Below, one piece after another: positions 12,214-25,514 of a stretch of DNA of 57,947 nucleotides. The position numbers and the translations under genes were made by a program. Each line of letters opens with the position of its first letter. Position 1 is the first letter of the stretch. The DNA is taken from positions 1-57,947 of the forward strand of contig MCFE01000559.1 of assembly GCA_002104905.1 (NCBI GenBank). The letters run 5' to 3'. Below the pieces are notes generated by a model. The model had not been told where the DNA came from and did no database searches. It worked only from the letters and a program-made list of their open reading frames with translations. This DNA comes from Basidiobolus meristosporus CBS 931.73. Lineage: Eukaryota; Fungi; Basidiobolomycota.

Positions 12214-15200
12214 CAAAGTAGCTGCCAGGAGAAGAAATGAAAAACTTATTGAAGTGTTATACCCTGCTGGTTAATGAAAGAAATCTGTGGGCATATAAAC
12301 TACTGCTCATGATGTGATATTCACCCTCCTGAATGGCCTGGAAGATGGGGCTAAGGTCCTTGTATCAGCCTTGATGTTTATAACCAATGATTTGACCATA
12401 TATTACATATATGGAATGCTCTTGAATAAGAGATTATGATATCAAAGCATCAATAAGGAGGAAGAGAATACTTTTATAAGTATTCATAAACACCAAAGGA
12501 GATACTGAAGACCCTATGAGGGCTAAGGTAATTTTTCTTGCAGCTATTACAACAGCAATAGACATCATTAGATATGACTACTGAAAGAGAGATAGTCCAC
12601 AGAAAAGCATTAATATAGCAATACTGCAACTACTGAAGATAGATTGCTCATATCTGCACTAAACATGGCCACAAATAAGGATTCTCTAATGTGGTATACT
12701 AACAATTGAGCATTTCAATGTTCAACACTTTGAAAGGATCATTTCACAGAGTATAAAGAAATTTCAATAACCAGGGTTTTCATGGGAGATAACAGAGCAC
12801 TTGCTGAAATAGCCAGGAAGCTATTATCTGTAGACAAGACCACAGCAGAAGGACTTAGTTTACTCTTTATCAATTTGGAATGCAGGATCACTGATCAAAA
12901 TGGCTCATATCAATGGGCCTCAGACAGTAGATGAGGCCTTAAATAGCCCTCAGACAAAGTCTTGGAGTATGGTGTTGAAAAAGGAACACTAGGCAGTGAT
13001 GGAAAATCAGACACTGATAAACAATTGGAAATAGATGGGTCTTCATGACAAAACTTAAGGCTGATGGTACAACTGAAGAATACAAAGCAAGACTTGTAGC
13101 CAAAGGATACACTCAAACCAAAGGACTGGACTACCCTGAAATCTTTGCACCAGTAGCCAAGCATCATATGAATAATGTCTATTACAGCCAAATACAAGTT
13201 TTTAATTGATCAATTGGATGTATAGATTATTGCAAAGAACTGTAATCCCACATAGTTATTCATGTAAATTAGTCACTTAAAATACCACCAACAATCTTAG
13301 AGAACACTGACCAAGTTATTTGTTACAACCTACTCATGATATCATTACCAGTCACATCATGTACCCTGCATACAAAAACTCTCAAAGCTGTCCAAACAGC
13401 ACCAATCTTTGCACACATGCTGTTAGGATCTTCCTGAGCATGTTCTTTGAGGCTTAGCTGCCAATATCATATAGTAGTAAGAATACTACATTTACATACA
13501 ATTAGTCATTAAGTGAAAACCACAAAACCTACATGTTCTTCCATTTACTTCCAATATTTCCAAGACTCTTGCAACAAAAATTGCATTTTTGTATGGGGAA
13601 CCTGCTGAGGATGTACATATAGACCAGCCTGGTGGGTGTGTTGACAATGATAACCCCCATTATATCTGCAGGCTTAAAAAACTTTTATTATTGCCTGCAA
13701 TTACAAAATAGATTCTTATTTAGAGTCTCAGCAATCCTAGAAGTACTGCTGACAGTAATATCTTCTACAAGTCAGATAGAGTAAGTGCAGCTCCATCAGC
13801 CCTATATACTGATCATCTTACTTTATCCATCAATAACCCAAATCATCTGAATAGACTAAGTCCATCCCATCTAAAGAGTGCAAATGTCCAATTCAGGAGA
13901 GATGTATCACCACTTAGGGATAGAGCTCTTCATAGACATAAGTACTTGAACCATCACCATAGGCTAGTCCAAGTATATTCACAATATACTTGAGCAGTTC
14001 TGTACAGATAACTTTAAAACAGCAGCTTCCCCAAATCTTAGCTTAGTTAAGTCCAACCAAACAAAGAGAACTTAGCACCATCTGAAAGCCCTGACTTTCC
14101 CTACCAATCTATGGCTTACAGCTTAATATATAGCAAGCTAGGAGCATGGTGAGATTCTCAAATTTTGTGGGAGTAAGCAGCCAGCACAATTTATGCAATG
14201 GATCAAATCATATTGCAGCAGTTGGGCAGATTTTAGATGCATAAAAGAAGCTGCTGATGTCTGCTTAAGGTGCACCAATAAGAATATACAGCAGGCTCTG
14301 TAGAAATACACTGATGCTGATTGACAACAATACTTAGATAGCAGAAGATCCACTACATAATACATCTTTTGGAACTATAAATGTGCAATATGTTTTGGTG
14401 AGAATATTTCAATTAATTCCCAACAAGAAACTTGGTCAAAATATGCCAAGATTTATAGATGATGATCTAGGCAACTAAGTTAGGTGAATATTTTGGTGCA
14501 AGTACAAATTTATACAACAACAACCTCTACACTGCTCTAAGAGTCTTGAAGATATTAGAAGCAATTAGGAGAGAAAGTATATCATGTGGCTTTTGCTTAA
14601 AGATTTATTAAAGGTAAAATTTGTTGTATACTTTATATAGTTGTAGCAATATACTTGGTGCACCTCATAATTTGGTGGGTTTATTCTAAGTAAGTCCCAA
14701 CAAGGCATTTTGCCAAAACTATTCAAGACTTGTTGACTATGATCTAAGTGACTTAGTTAGGTGAGTATCCAAGTGTTAATACAAAATTTTCAATATTCAC
14801 AGCATGTTGAAGCGCTACTAGCTGAGCTATACAAAGTGATTGCTTTAAGAAGTGGGGACAAGATGTGTATATCTCCAGGAATACTTTGCGCAGTGAAAGA
14901 GAATTGTGCTCTGAGACAGGGGCTGGGAAACCTTGGATGAAGTTTAGGGGCATTTGAATGAGTCTGATAATCTTGAAAATTTCTGGGTACTCAATGATTC
15001 TGAGAGCTAGATAATGTCCTATGTACTGAGTCTCAGATAGGCAGCTCATGCTGCAATATTCTGAGGAGTATTTGAAGTGATATGGATAATTAGAGGATTC
15101 TAATGTTGCTCACTTGAGGACTTATTGATCAAAAGTGTGGTATATGTACTTTTGATAACATAAGGCAAAAATGTGTAGAGGTTGTTAAGGAAGGTCCCAA

Positions 15201-18200
15201 GAATACATCTGCAAGATTTGGAGTCGCTTGAATAACTTTGACTAAAGTCATCATTTGGGCACCTGATACTTTGGTGCAAATATCCCAACTAAATCCTGAC
15301 AAGAAATTGGGTCAGGACAGAATGCTGGTCTCAGTATAAAAGCTATGTCACTAAGTTAGCATGAATATTTAAGTGACAGTTTAATAATTGCAACACTCCC
15401 GCTCAACAAAATATTCATTAGAAATATATATATATTGACAGTGTGCAATCTGTAATGAAGTGTACAAAATTTCACTATATTGCAAACTGGACTAACATAT
15501 TGTCCAATGGTATATGCTTTTGTTCTCAACTCAATTGAAAAAGTAACTTGTCATTCAGTGTAAATATCCACTTAATAATATGCCTATAAATCAGAATGAT
15601 CTGATCACAATACTGATTTATCATCTTTTGTCACTTGCATGAGCTTCAACAATGAAATGAGTCTGATTGTGAGATTATCCAGTTGAGATATTAATATGTA
15701 GCCTCTGAGGTATTGAATGCTACTTTTTTGAGCAATGTTGACCCACATTTGGTCAAGTTGAGGCAGTGTCATTTATGCCAGATCAGGAGTTTCCTTATTT
15801 GCATACAGCAGTCTAATTCATTTAAACCAGCCCACTGTGTATCCATATTAGGCATGGGGGCAGTTACTTCCATCATTTAGACTCTGTATGAGGTAGAGAA
15901 TACTGATGTATATTGGGCCAAGTTAAGATTTTGTGTGGTACATAAAACATGGCCAAAAAGGGCTTTTGCTCAGCTCTGAGCTGGGATGGCCTGCTCCCAC
16001 TTGAACTATGTCTGTTTAGTGAATCAGATCTACAAAACAACTATACAATGGACATCTTTGTCTTCCTCAAGTAGCAATTATTTTCTTTGGACTGCTTACT
16101 ATATTGATTGTAGGTTTGAAGTCCATTTGCTTCTTATTTTACTCAGTTTGGTATCTGACAAAGCTGTAGGTTGCTTAGTAGATATTTGCAGAGTCCTTGT
16201 ACTGATTTGGATTGATACAGCTGCTTTTGTCGTATCAGATTATACCTGTAGAGTGGAGATTGACACTTCTGCAGATGTGAGATTCACCTTAAAAAGGGAC
16301 TTGATTATCCATATTCTCCTGATAATTATTTTCAACTCTGAGCTGGATTTTCAAGGGTAACTGATCTTTTCAGTGTCTTCAGAGTCCATGAAAATCACTT
16401 GACTGATCATTGCACCTTTTTCTTTCAGCTCAATAGACAGCAAACATCAAGACTTCTGCACAAAACAATCTGCTCCAATATATACTACACTATATGACAG
16501 ATCCTGCTGAAGTCTCAAGACCCTTGCAAGGCTTCTAGCTTGTGGACTTTGTACAAGAAGCTCCATGGAGACATCGGTATAGCCAGACAGTCCAAACATA
16601 GCCAATATAAGTTTTGGCTCTATTAGGTGGTACCCTATTTTGTGTTGTATTTATTAAGTTGTCACCAAAATGCTCATGCTAAATTAGTCACATAGATCTT
16701 ATTTGTTGATTAGCATTCTGTCCTGACCAAATTTCTTGTTGGGATTTACTTAGAATACTTTCACCAAATTGTCAAGTACCCAGATTATGATCTTGCTCAA
16801 AGTTGTCCAAAAGCCCCCAAACTTTGCACACATATTCTTGGGACCTTCCCTAACAAACTCTACACGTTTGTTTGCTCTACTTTGTCAAAAGTATAAATAC
16901 CATACTTTTGATCGATAAATCTACAAGTGAATAACATGAAAATCCTCTAGTTCTCCACATCACTTCCAATACTCCTCAGAATATTGCAATATTTTGCAGT
17001 AGTGGTATTTTGCATTTTTTCTTCTTTCACTTTTTCAGCAGCTGACCCAGGGCTGATAGCCTATGTGGGATGATTCTGAATTTCCTTGCAGGTAGGAACA
17101 TGGTGTGTTTGAGTACAGGAATCTTCATTACATCATATTTGGAATTTTTGGAAGTGATGTGGAGAACTAGAGGATTTACATGTTATTTACTTGTAGATTT
17201 ATCAATCAAAAGTATGGTATTTATACTTTTGACAAAGTAGAGCAAACAAACGTGTAGAGATTGTTAAGCAAGGTCTCAAGAATAAGTGTGCAAAGTTTGG
17301 GGTCTTTTGGGCAACTTTGAGAAAAATAATAATCTGGGTACCTGACAATTTGGTGAAAATATTCTAAGTAAATCCCAAGAAATTTGGTCAGGACAGAATG
17401 CTAATCAAAGAATAAGATCTATGTGACAAAGTTAGCATGAATATTTTGGTGACAACTTAATAATTACAACAGGTTTCTGTACTAGACCACTTGATACAAT
17501 TTTAGCATACTTTCATTGGAATGTGTTGTACATTTCCATACTCCAGGTAGATATTTATGTAATACATTTCTGCAATCCCAAAGCTTGTCTCTAAGCTCTT
17601 CTTCCACTAACAAGTAGTCCAGAATGGTGGTTAGCTGCTCCACTATATGCACTCTGAGCCTTATTTTGAGTGGCAACATATTTTGGTAAAATATTCCTCT
17701 GCCAATCATTCAGTAATAACCTATTATTTTTTCAATTCTGAATATTTTCCAATCCAAAAGCTTGTTCAAACAGTTAGTTGAGGTCATATGAGTACATATA
17801 TCAATATGTTCTATTGTATATATGTACCCTTGATTGCTGAAATTATATGACTTTCTTCTGTAGTAGTAGAGCACCAACATACTGTAATTCCTGACATATT
17901 TACAAGTCATTTGATAGACTCTACAGTATGACTAACTTGAATAGTTACTAAGGGCATCTTTTGAAGGCAAGGCCTTCTTTTCCATTGCAATATTCTCATG
18001 AAAATAGTAGTTTGGCAGTAGTCCTCATCTATATCTTTAGCAGAACAATAGTACAGCAAGTCTTTTTCCAGACTAACAGACACCAATCCAAAGACAACAA
18101 GGACAGCAAGCTTGGGGCTCATAACCTGTTGCAATATTCTGAGGAGTATTGGAAGTGATATGGAGAACTAGAGGATTCACATGTTATTCACTTGTGTATT

Positions 18201-19100
18201 TATTAATCAAAAGTATGGTGTTTGCACTTTTGATGAAGTAAGGCAAAAAATGAGCAGAGTGTGCTAAGGAAGGTCCCAAGAGTACATGTGCAATGTTTGA
18301 GGTCTTTTGGACAACTATGAGAAAGGTCATAATCTGGGGACCTGATAATTTGGTGAAAATATTCCAGGTAAATCCCAACAAGAAATGTGGTCAGGAGAGA
18401 ATGCTAATCACAGAATAAGACCTATTTGACTAAGTTAGCATGAATATTTAGGTGACAGCTTAATAATTACAACAGCTCAACGCTGAACAATAAGCCTCAT
18501 ATATTCTTAACATATATAAGTGGTCTGGGTGAGTGCCTAAGATATACTACTTGCTTGATGTTAACAAAGCTAGAGAATAAAATATGATTGAAAAGATGTT
18601 AGGAGCATGCATGGAGATATTGGAGGCTTTTGCATGACTTTTTGAGTACTCATTTTTTGAATACTTGACATTTGATAAGAATAACTTGAGTAAACCCCAA
18701 CAACAAATGTGAACCATCACCTATGATATAAGTATATTATTTAAATGTGAATACAAAACTTACAATACCTTCCAGAGACCATTGTTTTCCCATAATAATA
18801 TCTCAAAGGTTTCTCTGTCAAAATAACATCCTCATTTTCACACTCCAGACTTAGTAGTCGAATCAACTTGGCATTTTAGCAGAGTAATAGCAGTAGTGAG
18901 CATTCTCGAGAGGAATAGCTTGGAGCTCATAGCCCAATGGGAGAGCTAGTGTGGTAAGTCACTTTCACTGACAATTGATTGAATGTAAAAGTGGTATGTA
19001 TCCCTTTACAAAGGTCCGGTAGAATAGACTTATGAAACAAGTTTAGGAAGGCCTTGAAACCACGTATAAGGAGTTTAGAGTCATCCCGGGAAGAAATATC
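12214..19100. mobile_element. Nested, degenerate Ty1/copia fragments and LTRs from at least two related families
   Basis: Decayed gag/RT pieces are present (e.g. [10 protein letters not shown] near 13090). LTR copies lie at about 13230-13576 (+), 15050-15394 (-, with PPT on its right), 16640-16995 (+), 17130-17471 (-) and 18127-18474 (-). The region is AT-rich and CpG-poor. Confidence 0.85.
18112..18474 (-). mobile_element. Second-family copia 5' LTR (18127-18474) with PBS GGTTATGAGCCCCAAGCT
   Basis: TGTTG...CAACA ends, and the same PBS/leader as at 11857. Confidence 0.8.
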
Positions 19101-21059
19101 ATATTCTTAGTATTTGATATTTCAGTTGAGTATATCCATGCATATCCCAACAGAGTTTGGTCCAAGCTCATGGACTAGGAACCAAGCGACTCGATGTAAA
19201 TATTTAGCTGTAAATCCAAGACCGACAACACTCCCACGTAACTTAACGTAGCCAAAGATTCTCGATTTCAATAATATACTGAATAGAAAGGCATGTTTCA
19301 CAAATGATTTTTGTACTAGGCGAGCCAACATCAACATATGCTAGAATGAAATTTCATCTTGAAGCATATGCTGGAGTTTACAAAAGGAGGTTATGGTTAT
19401 CACTGCAACCCCTAAGGGATAATGCTACAGTGGCGAGGAATTAGTACCGGGCAAGCAATCCACAGCTGGCAAATCAGAAGACCAAATACGAGCTATGTCA
19501 ATATTCATTCGGGTTAATTGATCGAGTCAAACTCAAGAATGGTTGGCCATCCCGTAGTATCAAGATTATATTAACCTTGCTGCCCAAATTGACGTTTATA
19601 AATGCCAAGCACTCGTACTTTTGGTAGAGTGTGGGAAGGTGTTTTCGGCGGAATTTATGCCAAGTTTGGAAGCTGGCGGACGACTTTGAAAATGAACAAC
19701 ATTTCGATGTATCCACGGCTCAAATGAATTGGCGTTAATATCATTCTACAGGATCGAAATCCAACCAAGTAAATCCGGACCATGAACAACTTGGAGCGAT
19801 ATATTATTATATTATCCTTGCTTTCCGATCCGGGTTCACTCCTTTGCTCTGCAACTTTCTCTTCCAGCCAAGGATCGGTTGGAATACCTGGCGCCCTGAG
19901 TTGACAGAGTAACATATTCATGGATTGATTTCGTGCCATGAGGTCATTATGGAGTGTGAAGTCATTTGAAAATGGCCTGTCGAGGTTCGGAATTTTGATC
20001 TTGTTCAAGTAGATGGATTTGCAGCAGTAATGTGATTGTATTGGATGCTAGCTTTCCTTATCACCAATAATAACTAATCCCAGCCCCAACCCCAACCCTC
20101 TCTCCCCTCCTGCCCTAATTAGAGCGGCCCATAGCGCTGGTATCCATTCCACATATTATGGTAAGCAAACAACTGGCCCGAAGCATGATGTCATCCGACT
20201 GGACTAAACACCCATTCCGATCATCATGACAAAATGAGCCACAACACTGCTGTAATATCGTCTCATATTATGATGAAATATGGGGATGGTGATGGATGTC
20301 ATTGGGCGACTTTTTGTAGAGCTCAACCAACATCTAAGCAAATCCCATTCAAAGGCGCCACGCAGGAAGAGCTCAAGAGATATGCGATTCGATTACAAGC
20401 TCCGTTGGAGTTCACCCGTCTGGAGCAAGTCTATAGGCAGGCTCGCTCGAGGATGGAGTGGAAACGGTTGGACGATTGATGGTGGATCGTTGGGATTTCT
20501 GGCTGATCGCTGGATGATATCACATACCTTACAGAAGTATCATTTCACAAACAGAAAATCCCACCACCAAAGCCCCCTTTACAAACAAGACATACAACCA
20601 TGTCCAATTTGACTACTTATGTGATAAAACTGCAAAGATAGCAACAGAAACAATCCACAGTGAATGGTCAGGGGGGGTGGAACTTCGTGGTGTTCACTTA
20701 CTAAAGTGACAGGCTCCGTCGATACACCCTGAGGTGCTACACCAACCAAACATAACCTACTCTTCTCACCACTACATCACGCTTACTAGCAGAAGTCTGT
20801 GTTTGTCACACCCACTTCGGGGATGGAATTTGGGGAAGCCTCTAAACACAGCCTGGAGGTACAGGCCTCAGCGCTATGCACTAGGTCCCACTCTTCACTT
20901 CAAAAACTTCAAAACCAACAAGCAGACTAAATCCAGGTACTCGGGACTTGAAGTGCAGCAGAGTGTCTACAACTTCTTCCAATATGCATATGGCTGACAA
21001 GAAACACCAGTACATCCAATGTTGGAATTTTTTCGGCTTGTCTTGGCGGGAGCCCTACG

Positions 21060-22540
21060 TTACAACATGAGATCGATGTTGAGCCCTAGGTCTTGATAAT
21101 CATCTGGTATATTAGTAATCCCGTCCGAACGAAATCTAGAATAACTGGTATAAACTTGCTCGGCTTGGATGTACAACAAATCACATGACATCCCTTCTGT
21201 CAACAGGATGATCCGGTATTGCAGCATCTCGAGCGCATGGGATTCATGTGATCGCGCCGAACCCCATCCATCCATTGCCAATCACGCTAGTGGTAGCGAT
21301 TCATAGAAACGCAGGCTGATAGCTGGAGGAACGAGGGGAAATAGAAACTGACAAGACCCTTACTACGCCGAACCTTTCGCCAATCTTCAATGGCGTATCA
21401 CAAGCACAAGCCAAATCCAAAGCAGGCAGGACAGAGTAGCCACTATGGAGAGCTGGCAAGGGATTGGCATGTAAACCTCCCACACATCTAAGGTAACATC
21501 CCGAGTCTAGGGCTTCGAGGATTCTCTCCAGAGATAACAAATAGATTATTTGCGATCTTTGTAATGGCTCAATCCACGCTGTTGTCCTGATTAGCATGCC
21601 CTTGATCAGGCCTGATTCAGTCAACATCTCCGAGGTTCCAACCATATCTTAGGATCAACCACAGGCGCCATCAGTGCTACTCGCAGTCGTTGCCGAAAGC
21701 GTGAAATGCATATCCTCATTCTCAAACACAGTGACCCGCTGCTGTCCTCCTAGGTAATCATATGATCAACTCTAAACCGAGTTATTGAGCCACGCCGGGT
21801 GCATTTAGGAGATAGACCAAGCGCTTGGGATACCGCCAAACCCGATGGTTTCAGTTAACGCTGAAAAGAGCCACCCGCTCGCTGCCATCACTCAAGATCT
21901 GATAAGGCCGAAGTTTGGTAGAGCGGAACTTTTCGAGACGACGCCAGCGGTGTCTGGAGTAAATTTCTGGACATCAGCAACCGACCTGATTCCGGAAAAC
22001 CCCTATACTCCCACCAAGCACTCTACACTCACCGTATTACCAGATTATCAAGGACAACCCTCACATTCCATATTAAGCAACCCTGCTTGATGCAGCGCTC
22101 CATCTCCTCCCTACCACCCAACTACACCGTGGCCCGGAGCTTGGGTATCTATTTCGAGCATTTGAGTTTCGGACCTGGCGATTCCGGAAACATCATGGCT
22201 TCTGCAGAGTAAACATGTCCATCGTGCAGGGTTAGAATCGCATTAGTCAGATGGCCATGAGGATTGCCATAGCTGGGAAATCAGCGATGGCAATATCTCT
22301 TAAAGCGGGTTAGGGTTGACTGGTGAGTATGTACAGAACGCCAATCAACACCTGAGAGCATCCATGGACTCCTGAGCATCGCGGTGCATTAGTAAGGACC
22401 TCTAAATGACTATATTGAGTAAGGAGATGGTTGTTGGGGAATAAGTCATCCATATTGCCCACTATGGATGGCCAGCACCATAGGCCACTCACCAGCAATC
22501 CAACCTTAACCAACCACATATGTCGGGATCTGGATGGCAT
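21060..22540 (-). pseudogene. Probable multi-exon gene or pseudogene remnant, unknown product
   Basis: Protein-like ORF segments at 21060-21281, 21301-21645 and 22310-22540, with in-frame stops in between. No family recognised. Confidence 0.25.
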
Positions 22541-23727
22541 CCCCAGTTGGATGATAAATTAAATGTGGGATCACGCTCAGATTAGCTCCGGTTGAGCTGC
22601 AATGTAGCCCCATAGGGAATTCCTGATTCCACGAACGAGAATTCCTTTCATCATCTCACCTACGATCTGATAACCAGATAATTTCGACGACTTTTTTTGG
22701 AACGTCTGACTAATATCAAAAAGAGAGATTATCCAAGTGTGATGATGTTACGTTACCCTCATGCCATATTCATTGGCAGTACAGCTAGAGCAGCCCTGGC
22801 CTTCTGCCAGCATCGTGCACTTGGGAAGCCATCTCCAGAAACTTGTTTAGGACAGCCTGCTGCTGGCCGACGGAGCCATGTAATGGGGGAGTCTCCACCA
22901 CGAATGCTCTAACTAGGTAGAGGGAATCCTATCCAGCAGCGCCGGTAGGGGAGCAGCTTGGCACAAAGGTGGCTCAATGGATGCAGGAGCACATGCTACC
23001 TGGCCCAGCAGTCGCAAACCCGATCAGTGCCCAAGATGATTATACAGTGATTGAAGGCGGCCATTAATAATCAAACCAGCCCAACTTGAGTGTGATGTAC
23101 CAACAACTGCGCCTAGTACCTATTGGTGAGCTGTTGCCGCAAGCGTAAACAGGGGTCGCCATCAATCCTATCACGATCAGACTACGACTAGCTGATTTCC
23201 TCACCATCCGCCATGATCGCACCACTCTTACTAGGCAGCTACCGCTGCAGCGCCTTTTCGCTAGGGATAGAAAAAGTACCCCCTATGGCGTGCGGTCAAA
23301 AACCGATGCCACCGCGAGCCTATGGTGGCCCAAAAATGAGCAAGTCCGTCGGGGGGATGTGCGGCGGCCATTGGTCAGAGGAATTCTCATCTTCGATGGA
23401 TAGTTTTGTCATACGAAAGGAAAACAAAGATTGCTGAATTCCATGATCACTTCAATCGAGATAATTCGCATCAGAGTGAATGATTACTAATGGACAAATC
23501 CTAATCAATTCCGGTACCTGACAATTAAGTGTGGCTTACCATATTTATTTCGCCGCCTGTCTATTGGCCTATCTCTCGTGTAAAACATTGGGTTCGACAA
23601 ATATCTTTTCATCATCTCGAAAATTTCATCAGCGCCTGCCTCTGCTGGCCCACATCCAGATCATTTATAAGCACGGCCTTCCCCTTCCTCTCCTCATCCA
23701 TTGATCCATTTCTCATTCTCTCGTAAA

Positions 23728-24761
23728 ATGCACGCTCGCGTTGTAAGTTTTGCTATCCACTGACATGCCACTTTCCGGATGTTTGTACTGATTGGTTGAT
23801 TTATTGCTAGATTATTATCGGTTCTGGACCTGCTGGTCACACTGCTGCCATCTACACCTCAAGAGCTAACTTGTCTCCAGTTATGTTCGAAGGTATGTTG
23901 GCCGGTGGCATTGCCCCTGGAGGTCAGTTGACCACCACCACCGAAGTCGAGAACTTCCCCGGTTTCCCCGAGGGTATCTCCGGCCCCGAAATGATGGACA
24001 ACTTCCGCAAGCAATCCGAGAAGTTCGGCACTGAAATCATCACCGAAACCATCACTCGTGTTGACTTCTCTGCCCGTCCATTCAAGATCTGGAGAGAGGG
24101 AGCCGACTCCGATAGCGATGAGCCCGATACCGCCGACTCCATCATCATCGCCACCGGAGCCACCGCCAAGCGTCTCTTCCTCCCCGGAGAAGACATCTAC
24201 TGGCAAAATGGTATCTCTGCCTGCGCTGTGTGCGACGGCGCCGTGCCCATTTTCAGAAACAAGCCTTTGGCCGTTGTTGGTGGTGGTGATTCCGCCGCCG
24301 AGGAAGCCATGTACTTGACCAAGTACGCCTCCAAGGTCTACGTCCTAGTCAGACGTGACAAACTCCGTGCCTCCACCATCATGGCCAACCGCCTTATGAA
24401 GCACCCCAAGGTCGAGATCCTCTGGAACACCCTTCCCGTCGAAGCCAAGGGTGACGGCAGCTTGTTGAGAAGCTTGACCCTCCAAGATACCAAGACCCAA
24501 GAAACCCGCGACCTTGAGGTCAACGGTCTCTTCTACGCCATCGGCCATACCCCCAACACCGATGCCTTCAAGGGAGTCATCGACCTCGATACCGACGGTT
24601 ACATCAAGGTAACCCCCGGCTCCACCCACACCAACGTCGAGGGAGTGTTCGCCGCTGGTGATGTGCAGGATCGTCGCTACAGACAGGCCATCACTGCTGC
24701 TGGATCCGGCTGCAAGGCTGCCCTTGACGCCATTGAATTTTTGGAATCCCAAGAAGATTAA
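23728..24761 (+). CDS. TRR1: Thioredoxin reductase (low-MW type); join(23728..23742, 23811..24761), 321 aa
   Basis: MHARV|[13 protein letters not shown] across a GTAAGT...TAG intron. Redox motif CAVC, NADPH motif GGGDSA and C-terminal [18 protein letters not shown] are present. Confidence 0.97.
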
Positions 24762-25514
24762 TTCCCCAATCCTAATCCTTAATCGCTTCCATGTCAGATA
24801 TCCACATTACATCCCATTCATCAGTTATTAGAAGTGAGCCCGATATCCCTCGCATATTTGATCATATCTAGTATTGTAATTAATAAAATCCCAACCGTCC
24901 GATTGGTCCCCCACCCGCCGCATCTCTCTTTTTTCGCGCCACCGCTGGCCTACACATGGGGATGGCCCCCTCTGTTGGTGAACCGCCTTCCCCAGTCTCC
25001 ACGAAATTGGCTAATCTGGTGGAAGATCGATTTGGCCTGATTAGGCCGGTGCCCAATGGATTTCGACGCCATCACCAACAAATCACTTCAAACCTTAATT
25101 CAGATTTGGCCGCTCCAATACAGGAAGCATTGCCCTGCCATCTGGTCGTGCGGGATTGGCTGGCCATCCAGGCTGGTTGTTGAAGACCAACCGCTCCTCT
25201 GTTGCCATCACTCCCGGCTAGGACGCCGCAGCGGGAGAGGCAATTCTGGAGCAAACGAGGCTGATTTGGATTAGGAGTGCCTCCTAACTGAGTTGTTATT
25301 CTTCCGAGAAGTTTGTACAAACAGTTGGGTGTTGGGGTGGTCACTGATGTCACATATTTTCAGATATCACTTCGCTAAGCTATCTCGGTAATGATCATCG
25401 TTGAGGAGCAGCCGACACTTTGTCAGCGAATGGTTGGGTTTAGTTTGCTAGAGGTTAGGGGTGGTGGAGGGGCATTTCGGGCGCGTCACATGATCCGCAT
25501 TGCAGCGCCACTAC

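Noticed and set aside
19498-20479. Short ORFs at 19498-20008 (-) and 20234-20479 (+)
   Set aside because: Possibly exons or remnants, but with no recognisable motif and no consistent gene model.
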